From assembly GCF_009914755.1 (NCBI RefSeq), contig NC_060938.1: a stretch of 64,000 bases of DNA; one strand, given 5' to 3'. Position numbers and translations under genes: made by a program. This stretch comes from the human T2T-CHM13v2.0 reference genome, Homo sapiens. Position 1 is the first letter of the stretch. Each line of letters begins with the position of its first letter. The notes under the pieces are model-generated. The model was not told where the DNA came from, made no database searches, and saw nothing but the letters and a program-made list of their open reading frames with translations. Positions 1 to 16,950 of the stretch are shown here, in pieces.

Positions 1-224
1 TACATTTTAGGAAAACAAAATGTATTCTATTACTTAAAAGTATGTAATTATAAGACTCTCTTTGGCCTTGTTTCTAAGCAGCTAGTTCAAAATAAACTTG
101 ACTTTACTCTTAATACTGTAAGAACCACCACTGAGCATGGATGTTGCATGAATGGAAGTGACAGTGAATGGAAAGAACACAGGTGTGGTGTCAGGAATCA
201 CAATCCCATCTGTATTCATGGTTA

Positions 225-392
225 CTTTTGGACCTTGTCCAGGACACTTAACATCTATAGACTTCAGTTGCCTTGTATCAAAATATAGATAATAATTTCT
301 ACCTTCTTGGATTGTTGCAATGATTCCATGAAACAAAATAAATGACTACATATTATAGGTCTTGGTACATAGTAGGTGCTCAAATCAATGTG
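225..392 (+). mobile_element. MIR SINE (core and 3' end)
   Basis: cttcagttgccttgtatcaaaatatagataataatttctaccttcttggattgttg...ggtacatagtaggtgctcaaat resembles the MIR core and 3' end. Confidence 0.7.
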
Positions 393-1719
393 CATTCACA
401 AAGGTTACATAAGTGGCTAAGTGGTTGCATAGCCTCCTGCTCTAGTTTAAGGGAGGTGGGCAGAAAGCCTCATATCTCATCAGAATATTGGAGACAATGA
501 GAAAGCATGTCATAACAGCCTCCCAGGAGAGACAGGGAGGCAAGTGAGTGGGAGATAGCCTCCTAGCAGGTCCTCACAGGCCTCTTCTCCTTTCAAGTTC
601 TGGAATTATCACAGAGTTCCTCCAAGACTCAGATAAGTGGCTGTTCAAGCCGTGGCTTGTGTGGTCTGTGTAAATGTGCATGAGTTCGACATTCCCCTAC
701 AATTGTACTTGTGTCATTTTTTCCATTAAGAAAAATACATTACTTTGCATTTGCCACCAGAATTTTTTCAAATGTAAACAATATCATGATAAAGCTAAAA
801 TCATAGAGTTTTCACAAAAAGTTTCTAACCTATACTTTGACTAAAATGGACTAGGAATGACATTTTAATTGCTTGGGTAACCTAAATTAATCTTCAGTTG
901 CATTTTTAAGGATATAGTAAAATCGTTTTTTAAATAAATCAATAAAAAACCTTGTTATTTCCTTTTAAAATCATGCCTCCTGACCCTCCTCATAATTCAC
1001 CTTGAAATCCAACAGAAAGAATTTGGAGGATAATAAAACGACCAAATTTCTCAAGAAAGGTTGACTTGGAACCTCAAGACACAAAGAAAAATAGGCCATG
1101 TGGGATTCTAGTAGGGATGAGTTTTAGGGTTTAATCTATCTGAATAGTAGCCACTTTCCATCACCTTGCTTGTCCAGCTACTGCTTGGCATGGTAAAGGA
1201 AGAGAAAATAACATAGCTATAACGCACATCTCACTGAGTCCTGTTCAACATTTATTTATACCACATAACCTGTGATGAAAAGCAACCTCATGTGGAGAAG
1301 AATCTCAAGATCTAGAATCAGCAGACCTCTGATATTTCTTAGCTTTTTAATAGTAGGCAAATTAGTAGGAGCACCTCAGCCTCAATTTCCTTGTCTTCCC
1401 AACTATTGTGATAAATTTGGAGAAAATCTTATTGACTAACATTCCTCTTGGGGATAGTACTAAATTTTTTTGGAGTAATCATTTTGTTGAAGAACAAACC
1501 CCAAACAAAAACACAAAAAGTAATTTTTTAAAACGTGTGGGGAAGTAAAGATGGCCATTAAATCTGTTAGCATGAGTATGATAAATTTGTTTTGCTTTAA
1601 AGAAATAGGGGGATGAAATCAATAAAGAGAAGAACAGGAAAGACAGGTGAATAAAGGGAAAAAAGAGGTCAGATGAAGTTGTAATAACTTCTTTCAGAGA
1701 TTTTTTTTTTTTATTGGCT

Positions 1720-2075
1720 TCAGGAACACTGTCAGCCAATGTGTGGGGCAGAGTGGAAGTTCTGGAAAGTTAATATCCTTGGAAGTAGCTAGGGTCTTGA
1801 ATATATATCTCAGCCTGCATGCCATACCATTGGCTGGGATGAGACCTCTTTAGGCATATTCTACAATGCCTCCGGGGGTTATTTAGTGGCACTGAGCTCC
1901 AATTGTCCACAATGGTAATTTTCCTGATTATGTAACCTTTCTTGGTTTATTCCTTTCTTCCCTACCTCACTTTTTCACTCAGCCACCCATGTTCTCTTGG
2001 ATGAACTCCTACATAAATTATTGGCACTTAAATTCTGGTATGATAATCTGCTTCTGGAAAAATTGAAGCCAAAAA
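1720..2075 (+). mobile_element. LTR16-family (ERVL) LTR fragment
   Basis: The 3' end ctcctacataaattattggcacttaaattctggtatgataatctgcttctgg resembles the recalled LTR16 terminus; highly diverged. Confidence 0.55.
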
Positions 2076-3859
2076 TATGAGTTAATAAGATGAAACTCAC
2101 AGCTAGCATACACTCCAAATATTCAGGATTCAAATGTCACCATAGGAAAATAAGTTGCTTAGAATTTTCAGAAAATTAGAAGACAGGTTTTGTACTTATA
2201 CAAGACATGTAATTCGTGACTTCATAGCAAGTTAAAATAGGTATATGAGAGGTCCATTTACATCTGATTTCCATTTGTATAAAAAGTGCTACTATAATAG
2301 GTTGGCTGGGTCTAATGCATGTCTCATTGAGTCCTGTCCAACATTTTATGAGGTTTAAAATATGAGGGATAATACAAATACAAGTGGGTTGTAAACTATT
2401 AAGTTCAGGGCAATTATGCATCATATCTCAACCTTGTGATTTCAGCCATATGACTGAAATTTATTTTGATCAGATATATATTATAGCTCTGACCTACTTT
2501 GTCAAGTTCACTTAGCTTTACCACAAGTCTGAAAGAGAGCATGCATTGTTACGTTTTCATTTCCTTATTCCCAGTCTAAAAGCCATCCTTTTCTTCTTAT
2601 CTGAGGAGATCTGCAGCTCCAGCAGTTTTTGTATGACATCTCTCTGCTAAAATATGCAGCTTGGGGGTAGGTCACATAAGGGATTCTTTGCACAGTAAAA
2701 ATAAAATGGTACTGGAATCTTACAGAAGACCACTCCCCTGTCCCAATGGTTAGGAAGAGGCAAAGATTGTATTTGTCATGCGTATTTTTTGTGTTAGGGA
2801 TTATTTCTCTGAACCAGGTACCAATCGTGGCACAACCAGTAAATGAGGCTCTGAATACTGTTTTTGCTGGTTTGTTTTGTTATCTGAGCCATGCTTTTTA
2901 ATTGATGACTGCTATCCTCCGTTGGGGTCCAAGCTTCACGGCGCCAATGTGCTACGTAGGGCATAGTAATCTTGCTTTTTTACCTTGGGGCTCTTAAAGA
3001 AGACAGTATCACTTTGAGAACATGGTCTTGTCACAGAAATAGCATGCAAACTGGTTCACAGAGTATTATGACAGCTCTGAGACATATGTAGTGTCACTGT
3101 TTGTTCAGAGGTACTATGGGTCCATCCCTCTAGATGTCAAAAGTAATTGCAGGTCAGGATGAAAAAGGAGATATTTCTTGCTATGAGGATTCACCTTTCA
3201 CCACCTCCTAGCTTACTATAGCTTTGTTATTTCCTGATTGGCAGCATTGTCCAAAGCTTGTTTCTAAACTTTTAAGAAATCATAGCTAAAAAGAATATCT
3301 AGAAAAAAAAAATGCCTGAGTTACCAGATTTAAAGCAGGCCACCATGGAGAATGTGACCCAGCAAGTTCACACAGAGGCCAGCAAAACTTTTGTCCCTAG
3401 ACTCGTTTCAATTCCCGAAAAAGAAAGATGAGAATTGAGACCTTGGCCTTTCAGTGTTTTGTGTGTGTGTGTGTGTAAAATCACTACTGCACATGAGCTT
3501 CTATAAGAATGCACATGTGTGGGTCAACTTCACAGGAACATGCCCAGGAGCCCAGGGGTCATAAAAGTCTGGCGCTGGACTGAACTCATTCACTCCACCT
3601 CTTGTGTCAGTCCCATCTGCCACAGTGGTAGATCTAAGTACTGCTAACTGACCATAAAATTGAAGACATGACCTTCTGCGTGCTCTGCTACCCAATAGAC
3701 ACGCCTGGGTCACATGTGTACAAAAGAAAACAAGAGAAGGAAAATGGCAAAAGAGAAAAAAGAAATGGCCGAAATGAAAGAACCATTAAAAGTAATTAGA
3801 TTGCTATGGTAATGTTACTAATATTAGAATAATGCTACTTAGGTGAAGTGTGTCAGAGT

Positions 3860-4070
3860 AGAAAAAACATCAGTTTAGAAAGAAAAGTTTGAATCTCCAC
3901 TAAGTGACATCTCCAGTTTCATCATCTGTAATGCAGAAATATCTACCTCAATTAATTTATTTTATAGAAAACATCAAACAAAAAGCGTTGTAAGAATTAA
4001 AGCCCACGTGTGCCAAGTGTCTATCACACTATCTAGTAAAAAGAGGTCCTATATCAACAGTGAATATAAG
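3860..4070 (+). mobile_element. MIR SINE fragment
   Basis: ctccagtttcatcatctgtaatgcagaaatatctacctca matches the MIR core. Confidence 0.55.
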
Positions 4071-7000
4071 CACCAATGCTCAACGTTTTTCAGTGAGTAA
4101 ATCTGAACAGTTCTATACAACAAAGCTATCTTTTATATTTCAGTAGAGTTGCTTGTTAAGCACTAGTGTTATTTTAGGAGTCCATCTGTAAATAATCTAA
4201 ATGAGTAGGTAAGCCGGGAGTCACATATATTTGGAAAAGCTGTAAAGTACAGTGCTGATTCTAATATCATTCTGCACTCAATGAATCTGAATTCAAACAA
4301 GAATGTGGCATAGAATGGAAAACTATGAAGTAACTGAATTTTGATCCCTAATAATTGAGTCTAAATAATAATAATAATCCCACCAATACCTCAATAACAC
4401 TATAGCTCTCCTGTAATATACTGAGTAACTTTGCATATTCCAGTATATGACCCTAAACTAAGACATTTACTTAGCCTTCATTTCTTCACAGAATTAATGG
4501 AGAGACTGCGTAAGATAGACGGTACTTGCCAAGTTTGAAACCTCATAGTTATGGAAAATTTAATAATTGTGTGAACTAAAAAAAAATGCATTTCATTCAT
4601 TCTAAACCAGAATGAAAATTTTTTTCAAAGAATTACATAGCTTTTTATTTATTTTTAAAAGTTGAATTTTAAAACACCATGTATATCAAGACATTTATAT
4701 CCACATTGTGAAGTTGTGATTGAGGTTTCACTACCTTGACTCTTTCTGGATTCCTGGACAATTGTATCTAAATCCGCACCCTAAGATCAGGGCATGATAT
4801 TGGACCAGGTTGGTAAAGATAACAGGAGTGGTCTGCTCTGCCAAACCCAGGAAATTTAAATTTGCCACAGATGGGCTCATTTTGTAAAGAAAGATGTAGA
4901 AAAATAGAGATGCATCTTACCTTCAGGATACACTGCCAGAATTACTTTCTTCTAAGTATTGTTGAGTCAATTTAAAGTTATAGAATACAGATAATTTTTA
5001 CAGTTTCCTTTATAAGACTGTATAATACAGAAATTGAAATGGAAATCAGGCCAGCCCACAGAAGCAAACACACAAACGTACACCACATGCTTTAGTGGAG
5101 TGCATGGTTAGGCAGCTTGGAACCCATTTAAGTTTATTCATTTGATGGAAGTAATATTCTTTAGACCTTAAAGCCTTTATTCAGGCTACAATATAACAAG
5201 TTGTATCACATGTGTCTTCTCTCATGCACTCCCATTGCCTCTCAGCCAACCTAAGGATTGGTATCCATATGCAAAATAGCCTATTCCTTTTACTGTATAA
5301 CCAGGCTCAATGGTGTTTATGTAGTAGTTTGGTGTTGGGGAAAAGTGGGTTATTTCAAATGCTCACATTCCAAAACAAACCAACACTCTGCTCCTCAGAG
5401 AATGAAGCTCACTAAATGTTTGCTGCTGGCAAATGGATATGCTCTGAAGCCGTCCCAGGAGGCTGCTTTGACAGATGTCAGCTGATGGACATTTGCACAA
5501 AAGTGTCTAAAATGCCTTATTTTACACCCAGTGTCAGTTGGCACATTACCTTCTTATACCTTCTGTGTTTCCATTAAATTAGGTTGGAAACAATGCCTCC
5601 TATTTACTGAGCAAATTCTTTTCCATGTGAATGGTGAACAATTGCAACCATTACTCTGTCAACCATTTCCATCCGCTCAATTAAAAACGCCTACACACTG
5701 CATTCTGAATCGTAGTCACCCCTGAGTGGAGCCTGACTCTGGCACTCACGACTGGTGAAAACTCTCTGATCACATCCGGGTGACAGCAGAAGGTTCTTTC
5801 ATTTGCAATCCTCTTAGGGATTCTGAGAAAGTTAACCATGTTCTATGGACTGTTGGCAAAGTGTCATGTCCCCATTCAAAGAAAAAACTTTCCATGACTT
5901 ACTAAGAAAGCCATTATGAATATCAAAGAGATACTATGAAAGCATGTTTGATGAATTAAGTATAAATGAAGATAAAATGTACCAGTTGGAGATTGTATTT
6001 TTTTAACCATGAGTTCAATGTCTATCTATTCCAGACATGGTCAAATTCAAAAACATGGGAAAATGGAAAAAAGAGACTAACTTTTAATCTCTAAAATATT
6101 GTCATTTTCTCTAGTGTTTCAGTAGGTGCTCTTACAATTATCACTTGCCCAAAAAGTCATCAATCTGATCATAGGCAATATAGGAAATATTTCTAAATTG
6201 ATATCTCACCTCCCATTCACAGAAAGGTTTTTGTCATAAATTTTAATAATAATATTTCATGTATTGTTTATTAATGCATTTATTTACATAATATTTTACT
6301 TAGTGACTATAAAGCCCATAGCACTTTGCAGGATCTTGAAAGAAATCTATTTAACAAAAATTCAGTTATCTGGATATTATACCTCATGGTAGTCAACAAA
6401 ATATTTATTCAAGAAACAGTATATATTAATGCAAATTAACACATGGTTACAAGCTCAAGTTACCATATCAGAGGATACCTAAACTGACTTCAGGAGGTTT
6501 AAAAAGACAGGCAGTTTGAAAATATATGATAATAGATACATTATAAGGTTTAATATTAACATTTTACCCAATTAAGATGACCAATACATAATTGGTCAAA
6601 GGTGACTGAGAAAATCTTGTGATATTTTGGAAGAAACTACTTTCAGATTCAATTGCTATTTAATGTGCCCATTTTTGTTGACAATTTAAATTTTTTTGGT
6701 AACAATCAGTTTTAAGATGGAAAACATGCCCTGGGTCAAAATAAAGTGCCATTTTTGCTGCACTGAAAAAAAAACTATATTACAGTTTGATTCCATGCTA
6801 TGTCTAACACTCTAAGCTTTATTTTACTTGAACATTTTCTGATAATACTTTGAATGCAGAACTAGATATCAATAACTTCCTAGTTTACAATTCCAAGTAT
6901 TTCTCTTAATAAGAAGTAGCAAAAGAGTTTGAACTATTCTGAGAATAATTGAATTCCATAATTCATTGATATTGAATCTAAATTATTTCTTTAACATTCT

Positions 7001-7804
7001 CTTACTTGCTTTCAAATTGTAGTTAATATTTGCAACATTTCTTTTAGAAACCTAAGGTTGTTTTTAAAATTAAACAAAAAATGAATGAAAAATACAAACC
7101 AAATTTGACCAAATGAGTTGTGTTTCCCTCATTAAGATTTCTCTGTTTAACTAGATACAGGCACACTCTTCAAAAGAGATACAATACCAGGATTTATTTT
7201 TCGTAGGTTTACAAATCTGATTTTGAAGGTTTTCTAGTTTCACATACTCAGCTATGTTCATGTAACAAAAGTTCAATCTAGTTAGAGGTAGAATACACAC
7301 ATAGGAAGTAACAAAATATGGCAGAACAATAAATAAGAGTGTGATGATGTCACATAAAGGTAAGGCCACAGGAACTTAAAGTGAGCACTGCTCTGTCAGA
7401 AAGGGATAGACGTAGTTGAGAAATTTTTATGAAAGAAATATTTATCAAGAAAAAGAAATATATGGAGGTTTACGGATTCTGAGTGGAAGAATATGATTTC
7501 TGAGGCAGATTCTGCCACATACTACCTCTAACGGTGGAAAAATCATTGATTCCAATTTGTATATTAGAAAAGAGAGATTTGTATACTTCAAAAGATAGGG
7601 CAACTCATTTTTAATAATATTCTGAAAACACTTGTAAGCTATAATGAATTATAGGGTTTTAAGAATAGTGATTATAGCCAAGATCCCAGAATGAAGACTT
7701 ACTTTGTCTGCCTGCCATAAGAAATTGGGCTCTCTGTAGGAGCTCCGGGGAAAAGAGAGATAGGGCACAGTAGAACTTCCAGCTGTCTTGAGCCAAGACT
7801 CAAG

Positions 7805-8320
<516 letters not shown>

Positions 8321-8330
8321 GCTCTATAAC

Positions 8331-8530
8331 TGTAGTTCTCAACTGGGGGCAATATCTCTCTCCAGGAGATATTTGGCAATGTCTGGAGACATTTTTGGTT
8401 GTCACGATTGGAGTGGCAGAGGCCATCGGTGCTGCTAAATACTCTTCAACGTGCTGCCTTGAATGCATTGCAATGAATTCCTTGTCCACACACAAAAAGA
8501 CACTTCTGTTTCAAAAGCTTAAGAAACCCG
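8331..8530 (+). mobile_element. MER20 hAT-Charlie DNA transposon
   Basis: gttctcaactgggggc...atttggcaatgtctggagacatttttggttgtcac...aagaaaccc matches MER20. Confidence 0.85.
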
Positions 8531-8726
8531 GCTCGAGATCAAGCAAGGCCAAGTTTCAAATATGAATTCCCCTGGCATGTGGACTATGGGGGAAAGAATT
8601 CACTCTGGAGAAAGTCATCTCAACTTGTAACACTTGTCAGCTTTTTGAAAGAAGCTCTATGCATGATAATGATTTGTCACCTTACATCGTGCATGGACAG
8701 AAAGCTCTGGAAAATAAATAGTTCTA

Positions 8727-9197
<471 letters not shown>

Positions 9198-9384
9198 CTA
9201 GATGCCACCTGGTAAGCCAAGAGGCAATGTAAAGAAGGAGTTAATATGGCCCATATTCAGAAGCCTATAGTTTTTATTTGTAATGAAGAACAGTAAAACA
9301 TATGTCCACCAGTGTATTAGAGACTGTCTCCTTCAAATCTTAAACTATGTTTTTACCTCGAAAAAGAGAATAAATCTTACTAAC

Positions 9385-9709
9385 TGTAGCAGACACTGCC
9401 CATATCTCCTTGGATTCATCTTATCAATTCTGCAACCCACCCCCATGTAGTCTCTGACTGACTCTAGATGTGAAAGTGCTGCTGTCTTGCCTTGAGGCTG
9501 AACAAACTCAGTGTAATTTACGCTCCAGAACTCTCTGCAGGGTCAGAATAAGGTTAGAATTTTGCTTGAAATTACAGCTTTGCTTGGCTCCTTGGTCCAC
9601 CCTGTCCTGCTCCTAACTCCCTGGATTTCCCTTCCTTAAACTCTTGCACTTCCTTAATTCATCACTGCACCATGCTTCAGGGGCTGCTACTGGAGAATCT
9701 GATGTAAGG
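9385..9709 (+). mobile_element. LTR16A-like (ERVL) LTR
   Basis: Begins tgtagcagacactgcccatatc and ends cttcaggggctgctactggagaatctgatgtaag, similar to LTR16A termini. Confidence 0.55.
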
Positions 9710-11389
9710 TAATAATGTTCAGAGGTCATTTATTCTTTCTATTGTTTTCTGTTTCCAGATATTTTGATTTCTGCCCTTACTATCATGATTTTCTTCCTTC
9801 TGATTAATTTTAATTTACGTTCCTCTATTTTCCTTAATTTCTTCAGTTAGAAGGTTAGGTCATGATTTCAGATATTTCTCTTTTATTCCCAATATATGCA
9901 TTTAATGCAGTATATTTCCCTCTCAGCTTTGCTTCAGCTGTATTCCACAAATTATATGTGGTCTTTTCATTTGTATTCACCTCAAAATATTTACTAATTT
10001 GTGACTACCTTTTTGTCCTGTTCAATTTATACATATTTGGATAGTTTTCCAGATATTTTTCTGTTTTTATTTTTTAGTTTAATTCTGTTGTGATAAGAAA
10101 AATATTTTGTGCGATTTCAAGTCTTTTAAATGCATGGACATCTCTTTTTTGATGCATTTTGATAAATGTTCGAAAAACACTTTAAGAATATACTTGTATC
10201 TATTAGTGTCAAAGAGTTCGAATTGGTTGTGTTATTCACACTTTGAATATTTTTTACTGATTTTCCTGGATGCTTTCTTTTCATCAGTTACAGAGAGAAA
10301 GGGGTTGAAGTCTCCAATTATAATTGTGGAGTTGTCTAATTTTCCTTTATGTTCTAACAGCTTTTGTTTCATGTATGTTAAAGCTTTGTTGTAAGATGCA
10401 TTCATATTTAGAATTTTTGTACCTACTATGAAAACTGACTCCTTTTTTTATGTATTTCCCTCATTATTGTGAGCAATACTTTTTATTCTGAAGTCTATTT
10501 TTTCTGACATTGATATAGCCATTTCAGCTTCCTTTTCAAAAGGGTTGCAGGGCATTTTCTTTCTTATTTTTTTTAATCCTAGATATGTCTTTATATATAA
10601 AGTAAGTTTCTTGTAGACAGCATGTAGATTTTTTAAAATAGAATTGGGCAGTCTCTACATTTATTTGGTGTATTTAAACCACTAATATTTGGGTTTGTGC
10701 TGAGTTGCCGTTATGGATACCTTCATTGCATCCTCAGCATCAAATTCTGCTACCTTGTATTTAGTGGGGAGTCTGGGGTGCTTGCAGTTGTCCTCAATGT
10801 TCCCACTCCATTCTAAGCTTTTAGTCCACTGGTGCCCCCGAGTCACAAATATGTTCTCTTCCCATGTTTCTGCACCTCCCCAAACTTACTGTTATTGCTT
10901 TTTACTCAGTGACCCCTGGACTGTTGCTTGGGGACAGAGCTTTCTTCTATTGTCCTGATGATGAAACTTGGCTATGGGCAGACCCTGTTTCCCTAGGTAT
11001 CCGAAACAGATTTGTCAGTGGCTCTGCCATATTGTGGCTTTTGACTTTGGTAGGTTCTGTACAGAAAACAATTTCCTAACCATCCCCTGTGGTAGGAGAT
11101 GTTTAACAGCATTGGTATAGGATCCTAAGCCTAGGGTTTTTGCCTGCCCCTTTCCTAGGGTAATTTTTTTCCCTGTCACTCTTCTACCAGCTGCAAAATG
11201 TTCTTTACCTGTCCCTGGGAGATGACAGGATTTACTACTCTCTATTAGAGGCTTAAGGATTTTTTTCCGTAGAGAAAAAATAAAAAGATCCTGTGAGACT
11301 TTGTGCTTTTTATAGTGGTGACCAGTTCACTTTTTGATGTCTACACTACCGAAAAAAACTTTGTGCCCTCTCACCCTATTCCTTATTTA

Positions 11390-11423
<34 letters not shown>

Positions 11424-11426
11424 TGT

Positions 11427-11460
<34 letters not shown>

Positions 11461-11467
11461 GAGAGAG
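11390..11467. repeat. Compound microsatellite (TG)n(AG)n
   Basis: Directly visible. Confidence 0.97.
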
Positions 11468-12698
11468 CAGCCAGTGGAATTCAGGGAGAATAGCCTGGGA
11501 GTGTTCACAAACTCTTTTATTTTTGAGGATCATAGAGATTCTGTTCTATCAGACTAGCCTACAATAAAACATTAGCAATTCATTAACATTTTCATCTTTA
11601 TTTTCATACCCTCTTCTATGTCATAGAATAACTTTTCCTCCTGTGCTGTCACAGCTAGTCACAGCTCATGACATTCTTCTTTGTGGACGTTTGTCTTTCC
11701 TTGTATCCTTGGCTTTTTTTGTTTATTTGTTTGCCTTGCAACCTCAGCTTTACAGTGAGTTCAAGAAAAGGTAGTCCTGGTTATTTGTTTATTTTTTCTT
11801 ATCAGTAAGGTAGGAATGATGCTCTTTCCAGCTTTCTGTGGCTTAAGGAATGTGTAAATTATTCCCCCGCATGTTTTTACTTATAGGTGGGTTTTATTGG
11901 GTAACATATAATTGTCCCTTGCTTTTTATGCAGAGTGAAAAATTTGTCTTTCATTTGGGATACTTAGACTGTTTACATTTACACTAGTTACTATTATCAT
12001 CGAATTTAAATCTGCTATCTTGTTGATGGTTTCCTATTTTTTTCCATTTGTCATTTTTTCTTTCACTTTGTCCCTATTATCTCCCTGCTTATGCATTAGT
12101 TTTAGTTAATACTTTTATAATTCCATTATGTCTTTATTTTTACTTAATTATTATTCATTCTTTGCTGTTTTACTTTGGTGATTGCTATAAGTTTAGCAGC
12201 ATACATCCTAACTTATCACTATTTTCACATGATATTATTCCCCTTCATGTAACATAACCTTACAGCAGTATGTTATCAATTCCTTCTGTCCTTACTTTGG
12301 GCTATTGTCATTGGCTGTTTTACTTTTGCATATGTAAATCCATTCTGCTTAAGAGTCTCTGGGCTTTTTGGATCTCTGGTTTGATGCCTTTCATTGTTTT
12401 AAAAACTTTTTTTGGTCATTATTACTTCAATTTGTTTTTCGGCTCCTTTCTTTCTTCTCCTGAGATTCTAGTTACACACATGCTATGCTACTTAATATTG
12501 TCCCACTGCTCTTAGATGCCCTGTTCTCCTCATTTCTCTGTGTTTCGGTTGGGGTGCTTACTATTGACTCATGTTCAAATTGAATGATTAACTTTTGGAA
12601 ATGTCCAATTGAATGATGAGCACTTCAAAGTTTTCCTCAGCTTATGATACCATGTATTTTAATTTTTACCACTTCCATTTGACTCTCTCTTAGGGTTT

Positions 12699-13722
<1,024 letters not shown>

Positions 13723-14944
13723 GTTTTCATCTTTTTTTCTGAAGTGTCCCATCTCTTCACATGCTGTCTACCTTTTCCACTGCATTTTTAACATGCTAAT
13801 CAAAGTTATATGATATTCACTATCTGATAGTTCTAACAGCTGCATCATCTCTGAATCTGGTCCTGTTCATTGCTCTGACTATTGACAATGGGTAATTTTT
13901 CTTGATTGTATTATGCATGTGAATGTATGCATGTTTGGATTTTTGTGCATATTCTAGATATCTCCTAGAGAAGGAGAGGCTGAGGTCAATGGGGTTCACG
14001 CATGGGAACGGGAATGTGTCTCTTCTCAAGCAGCTAGTGTCGTGGACTGAGTCAGTCTTGTCAGTTGAGTTGGCTTGAGGTTTTATAACTATATGTTTAG
14101 CTCAGTACACCACAGGAAACAAATTTATTTAACAAAGCCTCCTCCTTAGGGTGGGGGATTAAATCCCAAGCGTATTCTCCGTAGTTGTACTCCTCTCTGA
14201 GTCCTCAGTCTTCCTGTGTGCCACAGAGGGAATCTGTCTTCATACTCTTGCCCTCTTGTCTTGATTCAGCCTCTGTTTCAAATAGATCTTGCATTCATAG
14301 ATCTATCTCAGAACAGGATTTTATCAGAGCAGAAAAGATTTAAAGCTGGGATGTTAATGTTAACGTGATTACTAGAAATATTAGAGGGATCATATCCAGA
14401 TGGGCTTCTCAGAACTACTCTCCAAGTAGTAATCAGAATTGTCCTACCAAGACATGCTGCTTCAGCCACATTCAGAAAACTGAGAGCTGAAGATGCCAGT
14501 ATCATGAATATTGGTCCAGGATTATATTTTCTTATTTCTGATCCCAAGGTTAAGAAGCAGCTTCCAAATCTATTGTCTCTAAAGTCACAACACGCCTGGC
14601 AACTCCACACCAGCAAAGTGTGTGCTTCATATGCGCTGCTCTTTCTCCCAATTTACTTGGTCCCAAACTTAATTTGATCAGACATGCATGGTATTGAAAA
14701 AGATGAGTTGTAGTCAGGATAATAATTGCAAGAAATTTTACAAAATGTACATTATTTGTGACATATATTTTATTTGCAGTAGACACAAAACCTGTAAACC
14801 TATATAAGAGGTTAGAATAGGGGTTGAGCAAGTCTTTCCATCATATCTACTATGGATTTGAATCCTCTCCAAATTGATTGATGTAATTTTTTTTTGTAAC
14901 TTAGTGCCCAGGTTTTATTCACTTATGAGCAGAACAGGTATATT

Positions 14945-15030
14945 AGTAGCTAGTAATAACAGATGTTGTTTATTGGATGCTAACTACTGGCCAAGCATTG
15001 TTGTAAAATGCTTCACATAATTTGATCAAT
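14945..15030 (-). mobile_element. MIR 3' fragment
   Basis: tttattggatgctaactactggccaagcattgttgtaaaatgcttcacat resembles the antisense MIR 3' end. Confidence 0.5.
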
Positions 15031-16760
15031 GCAATTCTAATCAAAATCCCAAAAACACTTCTCACAGACTCTTATATGGACTATGAAATTTATATGGAAG
15101 AGCAAAGGCAAAATATGGCCAACATATTACTGAACAAAAACATGGTGATGGTGGATTTCCTATGCCAGATGATATTATTCATTTGAAGTAATAGAAATAA
15201 GACAGGATGGATTGTCATGATCATAAATGAATAAGTCAAAGGCACAGAATAGAATTGTTTGCAAAGCAGAAAATATTACTTGATATGTATAGGTTTTTAC
15301 ACACACACATTTTCAAATAAATTATTGACCAAAATTATGTACAAGGTGGAACTCTAAATTGTTAGAGAAAAGAATAGGAAAACATCTTTAAATCTTGGTG
15401 ATGATAAGGAAAACAAAAATAATTAAAGCAAAAGTGGTAATAATAAGGGAAATGATAAATCCATCCGTTTTAAAATTAGCAACGTGTGTTTAAAGTGAAA
15501 ATACCAACACAAACTAGAAAGAAATATTTACAACATACATAATGAACAAAGGGTTAGTGGACAAAATACAGTCAAGAAACATTTAAAAGCCTTTATAATA
15601 AAAAAATAGAAAAATTGGTAAAATACACAAGTATTTAACAAAGCAAAGACTAATAGCCAATAAACATATGAAAAATATTTCACTTCACTAGCAAGCAATG
15701 TACTGCAAATTAAAATAATGAACTACCATTTTTACTCATTAGATTGGCAAAATAATCTGACAAGATCAAGTCATGGAGATAATGTGGATTAATAGGGAAA
15801 TAGGAACATATGTGCACTTACGGAGGGAAAATAAATTCTACCACTACCTTGGAAAATAATGCGATATTATCTCATAAAATAGAAGATACACGCATGTCTT
15901 TGTTTTTACTACTATAACGAAATAACTTAGACTGGGAATGTATAAAGAATGTAAATTTATTTCTCACATTTCTGAAGGCGGGAAGTCCAAGATTAAGGTG
16001 ACAGCAGGTTGAGTGTTCTGCTGAAGGTGGCAAACTCACCTGGCAGAAGGAGGAAAGGCAAAAGGGAAGAATACTGCATTTTCCATGGCAGAGAAATGGA
16101 AGGACAAAAGGGTCAGATAGCTCTCTGAAACCTCCTTTATAAGGACATTAATCCCATTTGTGAGGGCTCTGCCCTCAAGACGTCATCACCTTCTAAAACA
16201 CCATCTCTTAATACTATCACATTGAGTCATAAGTTCCACCATACGAATTTTGGAGGGACACATACACGCAAATCATGACTCAGCCATATGAAACCTAGGC
16301 ACATACTTTTGAGAAATTCTTATACCTGTGCACTGGGAACCAAGCAAGAGACCTAGAGCAAAAAAAAAAAAAAATTACTGTGGCTAATTCAAATGAACTT
16401 AATTTTGAATAAAATTGAGAAACCCACAAAAAAGTACTTATAGAATTATACCAGTTATATAATGCCCAAGAACATAAAACATAAATATACAATGTGTCAT
16501 ATACGCATAAATACATATGTAGTAGCATTATTAAGACATACAAGGGGATGATAAATGAAATTTGGAATAGTGGTTTTCTATTAGAGGGAGGGAGAAAAAT
16601 GTGATGAACTGGATATATAGATTATTCTGTGTCTTAATCAGGGTGGTGAACAAAGACATGGTGTTTATTATTATTGTATAGAGATAAATTTTACTTATAT
16701 ACATATCTTTATATATTTATATGTATTACTTATTGCATGTTTTTAACAGAAAAGCAAACA
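15030..16760 (+). mobile_element. L1ME-type ORF2/3' end fragments, interrupted by a MaLR LTR
   Basis: aatgcaattctaatcaaaatccca, aaacatatgaaaaatatttcacttcactag and tgcaaattaaaataatg are L1 ORF2 3' motifs. Confidence 0.65.
15895..16282 (-). mobile_element. MaLR solo LTR (MLT1A/MSTC-D type)
   Basis: tttatttctcacatttctgaaggcgggaagtccaagattaagg...taatcccatttgtgagggctctgccctc...gaattttggagggacac. Confidence 0.8.
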
Positions 16761-16950
16761 AAAAAGAAGGTAATTTTACAACAAAATGATTGGCAAGAAA
16801 GGAAAAATGTTATTAAAGTTGTGAAAGGCAAAATTAAAGAAGGATTTTCATTATACAAATTAATTACCACATATTTTCCATTTTTCATATTTCCCCCATG
16901 AATCAGCTACCAAGAAAGCCTCCTATTTTTTTCTCCCATATATGCTCCTT

